64,000 nt of DNA from Chlorokybus atmophyticus (taxonomy: Eukaryota; Plantae; Mesostigma and Chlorokybus algae). The notes beneath the pieces were generated by a model. The model was not told the origin of the DNA. It saw nothing but the letters and a program-made list of their open reading frames with translations, and ran no database searches. Numbering within the stretch: the first letter of the stretch is position 1; the number at the start of each line of letters is the position of its first letter. This document shows, one piece after another, positions 53,330-64,000 of the stretch. The stretch spans positions 62,001 to 126,000 of the forward strand of contig RHPI01001052.1 of assembly GCA_009103225.1 (NCBI GenBank), in the 5' to 3' direction. Position numbers and translations under genes: made by a program.

Positions 53330-54816
53330 ATGAATTTCCTGGGAGGTAAGAAGCAGACGCCCAAGGAGGCTATGAGGGAGAGCAAGCGGGAGATGGCGCG
53401 AGGCGAGCGCGACATGGAAAGGGAGCTCATGGTATTACTTGTGTTCTCTATGTTGTGTGCGCCCAAGTCTGCACACAATCTGTATGTCATTGCAATTCTA
53501 CATGACTACTACTCAGCTCATCAAATTGCAATGCGGTTCATACCGGTACATGTAGTTGCATTTGAGTTTCAGTGGTAGAACTCAAGATGAAGCTGTCTGC
53601 GACAGGTCACATCTTTTCAGACATTTATGTAGATAGTGCGCGGATGCTGTAATGTATGGTTGAGTGATGTACACATGCACGTGTTGCAGGCGTTGCGTCG
53701 CGAGGAGACGGCTTTGAAGCAGGAGATCAAGCGCGCTGCCGCGCAGGGCAACACGGAGGGAGCCAAGCAGCTGGCAAGGCATATGGTACGCAGTGATTTG
53801 TCGCAAATGTCATCCTGTCAATGGCAAATGCACGTGCGTGCATGTGCGTGTATGTGCATGCATGCGCGAGATCGCACGTGTTTGTGTGTGCGTACGTGCA
53901 TGCCTAATGTATGCATGTATGTGTATGCGCACTTACGTGTGCGCGTCTGATCTCTTTGTGGTGATGTGTGCAGATTCGGCTGCGGGCGCAGCAGACGAAG
54001 ATGATGAGCGGGAAGGCGCAGCTGAGAGGCATCGCCACGCACGCGATGACGATGCAGTCTACCGCTACCGTCGCCAAAGCCTTGGGCAGCGCCACCGCCG
54101 CCATGGCCAGCATGAACCAGGTAGTCAATGTGGAAATGTACACATTAGCAAGGATGAGCCTGTACAACACACGCATGCTCACACTTGTTCGTGCGCATGC
54201 GTGTGTTCACAGGGGACATGCGTATACCAGTGACATGCGCAAGCACATACATGGATGCGCATGTGCGCACGCACAGATATCATCACACTGTATGCAAGCA
54301 TTGCGTGTGTCATGCGCACGCACGCGTGCATACACATGCCTGCGCGCATGTGCATGTGGGCCCATGCGTGCGCACGTGTGACCGCGTGTGTCGTGAAAGA
54401 CTACATCCCCGTTATTGACAGGTGTTGGATCCTGTGAAGCAGCAGAGGACGCTGCAGGAGTTCATGAAGCAGGCGCAGCAGATGGACATGGCGGAGGAGA
54501 TGATGGGCGACGCCATGGACGACGCCCTCGACAACGACGAGACCGAAGGAGAGACCAACGAGCTCGTCGACTCCGTACTCGACGAGATCGGAATCAACGT
54601 CCAGTCGCAACTTCTCTCCGCGCCGAAAAAACAACTCGCTGTTGCCGCACCCTCAACCAGGTATTACCATCATGTTGGTTTGTGTGTTGAGGATGAGTCA
54701 GGCAGTTTTGAGGATGTTGCTAATGTGTGTATGTGTGTGTTGGGTGGTTGTCGTGCAGTGAGGATGTTGATGCCGGTGAAGAGTTGGAGCGGAGGTTACG
54801 TGCGTTGAAGTCATGA
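53330..54816 (+). CDS. VPS2: ESCRT-III subunit VPS2/CHMP2 (Snf7 family)
   Basis: KKQTPKEAMRESKREMARGERDMERE...QEFMKQAQQMDMAEEMMGDAMDDALD...ELVDSVLDEIGI; C-terminal MIM1-like ELERRLRALKS*. Confidence 0.92.
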
Positions 54817-56226
54817 CAGATGCTGCGCTGCAGGTCTATCTTGTCTCTACGCTTAGCCTTGTTGGTATAGCGATTGCACTGTCATTTGACGGAATGTTGG
54901 TGTGTATATTATCCGCCCAAAGCACTTAACAACAAGCCGGCAGACGCTGCTCTTCTGATACAGCGTCAGACCCACCATATGTGTGAACAATATTGTTCTG
55001 TCTGAATGCGAAGCCACCTGCAAAGTGCAACATAGCGCAAAGTTTTCTGTGTACACTGCATAGATATTGTTAATGTATCTCGTTGATGATGGCGTGCATT
55101 GCTTGTTACTCCGACGAGGGACTCAAGAAGAAGCTCAAAACCAAACTCACATACTTACAGATAACCAACAACTTGTGTGGCTTGGACTGCTTGCATGCGC
55201 TGGTGCGGGTGTTGCTGTGCGCAGGCCATAGCAGTTTGTATGCAGTATGCTGTATGCAGGTTCAAGCACTACGTGCGTGCGTGCGTGGTCGCATGCCATG
55301 CCATCACACATGGTTGCAATAATGAGGTACATGTACATACATACATAGCCAGCGTAGGTTTGGTTGAACAACTGCAAGACCAACTCGCACGCCACCAGAA
55401 AAAGCGCATACAACCACACTATCAAGTAGCAGTAACCTCAGAGTAAGAGCACACGTGTACAGGGTGGTGTCTCTCTTATAATCAACATCAACACTCGCTG
55501 GCAACGCCTCAATGCGCATTACAACTGCAGCACTCGTAGCCACACTTGCGCGACTTTGCAGTGTACAGTGTCCAAGCAGAGAAGTGAAGATTGCATTGTG
55601 TGCGTGCATGCTGTGTATTGATCGATCGTGCTGGTGTTGTGTGAATGTGTGTGCTGCTGCGCACCAAAAATGCGTAGTGCAATTGCTCATGCTATGCATT
55701 TGATCCGTTTGTATTTGTGTTTGTGCTTGTACAGGTTATGCGCGCGGTAGTTGTAGACATGCATGACACAAACAGCAGCACACATGTAAGCACGTTGGTA
55801 TACACCACCACCGGGCTGTACACACTGTTCATTCACACCTAACGCTACTACGCTACTCTTGACCTCCCCGTGTGTGTGTAGTTTTGTTGAGTGCTTGGTG
55901 TTGGTGTTGGTGTTGGTGTGTGCGCGTGTTGGAGCAGTTCGTGTGTGAGCAGAGAAGTGACATTGCACTGGCATGCACAATGCGTATGCGTGCACACATG
56001 TCACTCCCGCACGCGTGAGCTTGCTTGCAATGCCAATGCATAGAGTGTGGTAATACACTGGCATTGGCAAGCTGACGCTTGTTGTGTGTACCTTACCCTG
56101 TGACACGGAGTGACTAATGTGTGCAATGCAAGTCCTCCAAACTAGCACACTGTCATACTGCTTAGTGTTATGTGCCGTTTGTTGTTTTGTTCCTTGCAAC
56201 CGTCTAGTGCTTTGCTTGTGTGCGCC

Positions 56227-59200
56227 ATGGCGAGGGCGGCGTTGGCGCTGGCATTGGCGCTAGCATTGGCTCTGGCATTGGGAGCTGTCGCCGGCATTGG
56301 GTTGCAGGAGGGCGAGGAGCCGCTGGATGGCGCCGCCGCCGCCGCCCACCCGGGCTACGGTGCGGCCCATACGGCCTATGGCGTCAACAACCCACCAGGT
56401 GAGCATGAGGCCAGGGATTAGCATCACAGATTGACGCAAGCGCATCAAGGATTGAGGTTGCAAGACGTGACAGTCATTTGTGTATACAGTTGCTGATTGG
56501 GGCAAAAAGCTTAATTGTTACTCGCATGCACACAGCATGCATGCATGCATGTGTCGATGTGTCCAGCAAGCAGCCGCACATGGAGATTGCATGTTCGTCA
56601 AGCAGACAGCATTGTACAATATGTACACCATATCTTACTACTACCCTAGCAGTCGTAGGGTATGAAGTTTCTGCTTCATACCTGGGTGTTGCGCAGAGTT
56701 CATTACTGCTGATGAGGCAGTTGCTGACGGCTTCCGGCACGTTCTGCGTGACGAGGCAGAAGCCAGGCTTCAAGAGCTCGGCAAGGTAGTCGTTAAATAA
56801 GCAAGCAGTTGCTTACACGTGTATGCGTGCACATTGCACGCATACACGTGCAAGCACGCGCACGTATATATGCGTTTGCGTGTGTGTGTGAGTGCGGATA
56901 TGACTTGATATGGCATAACCGACCGTTTCAACAGTTTGCTGTTCAATTGTCGTTTGTTTCGCTTGGCTGCCATTGAGTTGATTGTCCTCCCGTGCAATCT
57001 CATCCGCGTTGTGCTGGTATGGGCAGGTCAGTGACGATGACAAGTCCCTGAGTCGCACCTTCCTCAGCCCCGCTCACGTCAAAGCCGCCGACACGATAGA
57101 GGCGTGGATGCAAGACGCTGGCATGCACACGTACGTATACATGCACATGTGCACTTAAGTATGCGGGCGCGTGCAAAAGTCCACATGTTGCATGTGTGTT
57201 TTTGTGTTCAGTGTGTGCGTGCATACATGCACAGTGTCTGTTAGTGCCTGCGTGCATGTGCATGCGCGTGCACAGGATTGATGTTGGGTTGTGTCTGCCG
57301 ATCAACACAGCTGGGTGGATGCGATTGGCAACGTGCATGGGCGCATCGATGTTGCGAATTCCTCCACTCCGGCACTCCTGATCGGCTCGCACTTTGTAGG
57401 TGCTGACCATTCGCCAACAAACATGTTGACCGCGTCGAGCATCATCTTCTCACACATTATGTCTCAGGATACCGTGTTAGATGCGGGGCAATACGATGGC
57501 CCACTTGGCATCATGACCGCCATCGCTGCTGTCAAGGCACTGCTCATGAGATCCAAGCAAGAGGACCTTCACAAGCCCATCGAGGTAGCATATCGTGCTT
57601 GTGTGTGTGCGTGTGCGCGTGCACATGCGCGTGCGTGCGCATGCGTGTGTGCGTGTGCGCGCCTGTTTGTGCACGTGTTCGCACACTTGTGCGTGCCTTA
57701 TACCCACGCACAACGCCTATCCTTCCAGGTGATTGCTTTCAGCGATGAGGAGGGCATCCGCTTCCATTCCACTTTTCTCGGTAGCAGGGCTGTTGCCGGC
57801 ACTTTCAACCAGGCCACATTGCAATCAAAGGACAGCAGGTACATGTGTGTCACGACAGGCACAGAATTCAACGTCCTGTAATGAACGCACAAGCAAGACG
57901 GTTGTGTGTGTGTGTTCTATGGCACAGCGGGCAAACCTTGGCGGAGGTTCTGGCGGCTGCGGGCTACAACTCATCATGGGAGGCCATCAGAGCTGCCGCT
58001 TACGACAAGTCTACCGTGGACGGCTATGTTGAGGTACATTTGCTTTCAGTAAGTTTCAACTTGAACGGGCTGCACGTTGCGCCATGGTGTTGGTGCTTGT
58101 GTCAAGTTGAAGACACACATGAATAAACCAAAGCATTGACTCCAAGCATGCCTTCTGTTTGCATGCTGTGTTTCTTCATTGCACAGGTGCACATCGAACA
58201 AGGCCCGGTGTTAGAGTCGATGGACGTGCCAACGGGGGTTGTGGCCGGCATCGCCGCGCAAGTGAGGCTGCAGGTGAGGTTGCGCAAACATTTGGACTTG
58301 TGTACTTGCAGTGCTTGAAGTCCACATGACATGTTGAGTGTGTTGTGTTGGACTCAAACATACTCGCAGGCAACTGTCACGGGTGTGCAAGGCCACGCGG
58401 GTACCGTGCCGATGCACCAGCGCCGGGACGCCCTCGCAGGCGTGGCCGAAGCCATCACCGCTGTGGAGAAGCTGTGCGGGGGCGGGCGCACGACTTCAGT
58501 GAATGTATGTGCGTGCGTGTTGTGTGTGTGATGAGGTTAGAACTGTGTCAACTGTTTTTCACAACAGGATGAGTGGCTCAAGACGGCGAGGAATGCCAAC
58601 CTTGTCTGCACTGTTGGGTCGATAAACGTTTGGCCGGGCGCGAGCAATGTGATCCCCAGCAAGGTATGTTGTATGAGAGGTTATATGTTGAGCACTGAAT
58701 TGATGCTATGAGCAATAAACCAACAATTCTTGTTTCTTCTGCAGGTGACTTTCACGCTTGATATCAGGGCGCTGGACGACGATATCTGCGAGGAAGCCGT
58801 TGCCGACACCGCGGCTGCAATACAAGCCGTGTGCCATCGCCGCGGCCTCAAGTTGGACATGCAAAAGAAGGTACAAAAGCAGCGCGTGGGTGATATATTG
58901 TCACATCAGTATGTGACACCAACACTGACAGTGTGTGTGTGCAGCACATGCAGGCGGCGGTGCCGTGCTCGGAGCGGTTGACGCAGGCGCTGCGCGAGGC
59001 GGCAGTTGAAGGCAACTCTGCGGCAATGGACTCCGTCACGCTCGCGGACCCGCCGCTGCTTACTAGCGGCGCGGGACACGATGCGATGGCCATGGCCGAC
59101 TTGACAGAGGTGAGGACACGCAGTCTTGCTCAATACACTCTGCGTGCACGTATCGCTTCTGTGTGCATGTACAGTGGTTGTTGTGGTGTGTGCTTGCGTG

Positions 59201-59546
59201 TGCGCGTGCACGTGTGCGAGCACGTCTGAGTGTCCGCACGTGTGAGTGTCCGCATAGTAGTGCGTGTGCGAGTATGCTACTGTGTGCGTGTGCACACGCA
59301 TGTGGTCGTGCAACTGCATGTACGGTTATGACACATGTAAGTACTCGTGGTTCAACCACTGTGCTAAGCATGGACAATACAGCATCTGATGGCAACTCTG
59401 TTTTCGTGCAGGTGGCCATGCTGTTTGTGCGCTGTAAAGGCGGTGTGAGTCATGCGCCGGAAGAGCACGTTGATGCGGATGACATATTGGCGGCAAGCAC
59501 AACCTTACTTCTATTCTTGCAAGAGCAGGTCCTTCGCAAAGCCTGA
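56227..59546 (+). CDS. AAH: Allantoate amidohydrolase/deiminase (M20 family) with an N-terminal signal peptide
   Basis: Hydrophobic leader MARAALALALALALALG; LSRTFLSPAH; LIGSHF|DTVLDAGQYDGPLGI; AFSDEEGIRF; EVHIEQGPVLE; GHAGTVPM..RRDAL; SGAGHDAMAM; GGVSHAPEE. Confidence 0.92.
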
Positions 59547-61226
59547 TTGCCATGTTGTGTACATTGCCATATCTTCTCTGACTAAACACCACCATATAGC
59601 ATACCTGTAATGTAATTATCCAGTGTAGTGCAATATGGGATGCATGTGCTGCACCACCGACGTTGATGACGCATTGTGCAATGTGGCATTGTGACATGCA
59701 CATAGACGCCACCTTGCGAATGCATCTACACGCTCTTCAAAATAGAACACGCCCCGAATATGCTGCACTGGAAGGGCCGATATGAAAAGCGCCCCTTTCA
59801 CCCAAAACCATGTTGAGTAGCGAAATCAGGCAGAAACCATATTCGAGCAACCCGCGCAGATAAGAACAGCATCATGCATGCCTGTATAGTGTGAACATTC
59901 TACCTAAGCTGGCACGTGGTTGTGAAGAGGTCAACACCCCCTTTATGCGCGCGTGCATGAAAGCATAGATGAAGCCTTTCGACTCGACAGTGAGGAGTCT
60001 TATATACGAATTAGACAAGCTGGTTTTAAGAAAAGAAAGTGGAAGCAGATGCTGGCACTTATACATATGCAAGTTAGGCCAACCATATTTGGTGAAGGCA
60101 CATACACTTATAGAGTTCACTTAAGACCACCATTTCACTATGTGATGGGTGGTTATTAATACCACATGCTTGTTATGCAACTTCATATTTATTACATATA
60201 GTCTGTAATCTATAGTTTTCTATGGCTGGGGCCCATGTTCTGTTACAATGAAACCCCTGAGTAAAATGCCAGGTTGATAACATATGAACACCGTGTCAGC
60301 AAAAGTTGTGACTAAATTATCGCAATATAATTATGCAATGAAATGACATACAGCTGCTGGTGTCAAGCATGTAAACTCAAAACATTGTGCTTTGCACATC
60401 TAGAATGTGGCTTCATAGAATGTGGCTTCAAACTCAACAAACTTATAAGTGAATTGTTTAAGGATCAAGTTGTGTACAACCTTATACAGGCAAATTCTTT
60501 ATTATCTCGCGCAATGCACTTGGCCAAAGGCGTTATGGTCATGTTGTATGCATGTAAGCATTGATTGTGCTTGTGTTAGAACGGTCTGAAAACAACCACC
60601 AATTGATGTTGAATCTATTATGGTACAGATTAACACGTAATACCTAGTATCTGAGGGCATTGGTCTGTCACAAGGAAACTCTTACAATTACATGATAGGT
60701 TATATATAATATCATATACACAGTGTCAATTGAAATTGTGAGTATATTGCAGTTAGTGATGTACAATTATGGTCCGTAAAGTACATTGAGATCATCGTTC
60801 TTTACAAATCTAAAAAGTGGTTTCAAGCTTGGAAAGCTTCAAGCCAAGTGCATTATAAGCAGAAACGATTATGACTATTACGCTAATAACCATCACCTTT
60901 TACAAAATAAGTTGTAGTGGGTCAATTGTGCTTGTAGACACATGGTTAACTAGGAAGGACCGGTGTTAAATAAAACAATAGGTACAATTATGGCACATAA
61001 ATGTACTTTATTACCGCAGTCCGTTGTACAAGACCTTTATAGACGGCTTATGCGCATCAGAACCTTGCGTATGCATATACTTGTTTTCTCTTTGTTGCAT
61101 GTTGTTGGAAACCTCGTTTGCATTCCTCGCAACATGCATGTGACAATGCCATATCCCTAACGGTGATGAAAGTTATTACATATATATGGCATAACATACA
61201 TGCCCTGCTTTTTTGTATGAACCGCG

Positions 61227-61233
<7 letters not shown>

Positions 61234-61289
<56 letters not shown>
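61234..61289. repeat. (AG)n microsatellite
   Basis: Seen directly. Confidence 0.98.
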
Positions 61290-61296
<7 letters not shown>

Positions 61297-61303
61297 TGTG
61301 TTC

Positions 61304-61619
61304 TATCACATTATGATATGAATTGGTATTAACATGCAGTGCCAATGTTTATACACAAATGAGACAAATGAGACACGCATGGAATCTGACTATCTAAGCA
61401 CTAACATCACGTTAACAAAATTGGGGGCTCCAAATCAAAGCGGATTGCTCGGCCCCAATGTATATTTTATCACATTATAATTTAAATTGGTATTAACATG
61501 CAGTGCCAACGTTTATACACAAATGAGACAAATGAGACACGCATAGAGTTTCACCATCCAAGCACTAACATCATGTGAACAAAATGGGCTCCCAATCAAA
61601 GCGGATTGCTCGGCCCCAA
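61304..61619. repeat. Two-copy tandem duplication, period about 164 bp, next to the AG microsatellite
   Basis: tatcacatta...aattggtattaacatgcagtgccaa.gtttatacacaaatgagacaaatgagacacgcat...caaagcggattgctcggccccaa starts at 61304 and again at 61468. Confidence 0.95.
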
Positions 61620-62289
61620 CGGCTCAGAGTGTACATGAGACACTTATATATGATGTAAGTTCTATCACTCACGCGAATTGCATGCAACTCTTGGATGGAT
61701 TTCGAACGTCATGGAACTCGCACACACGACGAGTGTCTCTGGACTGACAGGTCCGGTGACAAGGTTTCATTGGGTGCAGTGTCTGTCCGTTGCACAGGCA
61801 GGCATTGCGCTGAGATCAAGCTTGGCGGGAGTGGCGGCGGCGTGCATGCTTGCGCGCGTAGAACAGGACTGCGAGACTGGCTGCAGCAAGCAGCTAGGCG
61901 TGTAGGTAAACCTGAAGTGGGCTTGGGGAAATAGGCCTTCCTCTTTTGCTGGTGAGCCCCAGTCGTTCAAGTCGTGGTGTCCGAGTAGAAGAGGTTGCAT
62001 TGACACTTATTGTCATGGTGCAGTGTAAGCATGACGCAGGGTTGCAAGCTCCTGCATTGTGTGCGCTTGGTGTGTGTGTGTGCTTGGACATCTGCACGTA
62101 CGGTTGCCGTCCTCAGTCTATAGGATGTACCTGAGCAGGACCTTCTGTATTGGGTCTCCTGCAGCATGGATCAATGCAGGACGCCCATTGCATGGACATG
62201 TACTGTCTGTAGTGCGTGCAAGCCAGTTGCACAGTCTGCTTGGTATTGTCGTCCAATTGTTGGCATCTGTTTCAGACTGTGTTGCAGTG

Positions 62290-62912
62290 ATGGCGACGCC
62301 TGCCAGTGCTCCGGCTGGCAATGCTGCAACCAGCGGTGTGATGGAGACCCGTCTTCGGTCCTTCCAGCGCAACCAAGTGTGGAAGATTGCCCCTCCAGAG
62401 ATCGCTCCACCAGACCGTGGCCTCAGCCAAGGGTGCATCATGAGCAACAAGTTCCACGCTCCCGGCGGGCCGTGGCGCCTCGCACTCAAGCTCATTAGCC
62501 AAGCAATAACGCAGCTTAGTGGGCAATATTCTGTATATCCTCCAACTGATAATGCTGCAATGTGGTGGGCCACGGCGACACTGCAGCTGTTGCGGGTGGG
62601 TGATGAGCCCAACCCATGGCGGTCCGTTATGGTGTCTCCATCAGGGTACCCGCTGGGAACGATGTGCGGTTCGCTTACTTTAAAAAAGTCCCTTATGGGC
62701 CAAAGGCAGACTCTGGATTCACTCTCTTCGATAACGTAGAGATGAAGTACTGCCCGTTGAAGCAGCTGCAGGCTGCAATGATGGTGATCAAACCCGCATC
62801 CGGCGGTGGAGATCAAGGCGTCTCACTCGACCTGGGCCATGGCGACTGGTTTGGCAGGAATGAGATAGAAATCCAGGTGGACATGACCAGTCTCTGCGCC
62901 GATTCTGACTAA
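62290..62912 (+). pseudogene. Divergent MATH/TRAF-like domain ORF split across two reading frames
   Basis: Frame A: QVWKI...IMSNKFHAPGGPWRLAL...WWATATLQLL. Frame B continues VRFAYF...DSGFTLF...GDWFGRNEIEIQVDM*. Together they fit the MATH strand pattern. No plausible-length GT-AG intron joins them. Confidence 0.5.
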
Positions 62913-64000
62913 AGGCAAGTGATGGTTACCACTGACCGGTTCATCCACTTAGCGGAGGGGCGAGCGCAGGCACATAGTTCATGCGTCTGTCTTTTCTTCT
63001 GTAGTAGAACACGCACGCCATTATCCAATTGGCTTGTTTGGTTTGTTATGCAATGTCGAACAGTGCAGTCACAGGAATTGCAATTGTCATGCACCAGAGC
63101 ATGCACCCATAGGCTGCAAGCCTGGAAGGCACCTTGCTATGTCACTTGGGCTGCCAAACATTCTCAAACTTGCAGTTTGTGTTCAGATATGGCCAAGACT
63201 TTAGAGGGACACATGCTGACGTTGGCACTACGCGAGAAGGGTTTGGGTAGTGAGAGACGCAGCAGCGGAAACTACGTGGCAGAGTGGGTGGCGGGGGGAG
63301 AGGGAGAGCAGGCGGAAGGGAGGGAGTCGTCATGCTGTGCTTCTGCTACGGCTGCCTTTGCCAACATTAACCGACAGAGCCCGTGTGGGCAGGTAATGCA
63401 CTACTACTACGTATGTATGCATGCGTAACGGGGAGGTCTAAACTAGTGTAGTGTAGTGAGGAACAAACAGTGTGTATAGCCCGGAGGGTTGTGTTGTAAT
63501 GTGCTTGCACATTGCTGTTTGGCATGCTCTGAGTGAGGTCATGTATGTCTCCAACTACTGCCAGCATATCCTGTACACCTACAACTCACACTGTCACAGA
63601 GCTCTGCACCGTGACAATGTACATCAGTAACAGGAGGGAGGAGTTGCTGCTACAATCCTAGCTGATATGCATGCATCAAGTTTGTGCTGGCACATCAGTC
63701 TGCAAGCAGCTTGCAACGAGTGTGCATGCAGACACTGCCTGCATTCATGATGTGCGAACCAAGACAGTTCTGGAAGTTGCTTTGCATTGACTGATCATGC
63801 AATGCGACCAAGGGCAAATCTAGTTGATCGAGCGTCAGTCTACTCCAACACCTGACAACGCAACCCTACTGCTACAGCAATACACAGACAACCACTAAGC
63901 CACATCATTATTCACAAGACGCAATCTGGCCGGGCAGCAACATGACAGCAACATGCTGGTCTGGACGTTGGTACATGGCGGATGCGCGGCACTCACACGT

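Noticed and set aside
60653-60685. EGIGLSQGNSY resembling an RT QG motif
   Set aside because: No YxDD or other RT motif follows in any nearby frame.
62919-63428. 169-aa ORF after the MATH-like ORF
   Set aside because: No recognisable motif and no supported exon chain.

Overview
This is eukaryotic, intron-rich nuclear DNA in the standard genetic code (TAA, TAG and TGA are all used as stops). It is most likely from a green alga; that is an inference from gene content (DUF1997, plant-type allantoate amidohydrolase, PAM18, BET1, a Penelope-like RT remnant). I reconstructed by eye 12 recognisable multi-exon genes: UTP4 (5' partial), LSM11, a DUF1997 protein, POLA1, GLG1, PAM18, an RluA-type pseudouridine synthase, NFS1, FAM91A1, BET1, VPS2 and allantoate amidohydrolase. 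There is also one unidentified proline-rich gene and a frameshifted MATH-like ORF. About 26-33 kb and 59.6-61.7 kb are gene-poor and hold a Penelope-like retroelement remnant, two-copy tandem duplications, homopolymers and microsatellites. I found no CRISPR array, tRNA or rRNA, and no clearly new biological system. The best leads are a complete U7-snRNP-type LSm11, a Penelope RT with no C-terminal endonuclease, a ~200 bp intronic foldback, a tandem duplicate whose stem shows a compensatory change, and a MATH-like ORF whose two frames overlap at a U_UUA_AAA slippery heptamer. Gene coordinates span start to stop including introns. No database search was run, so family calls rest on recalled motifs.
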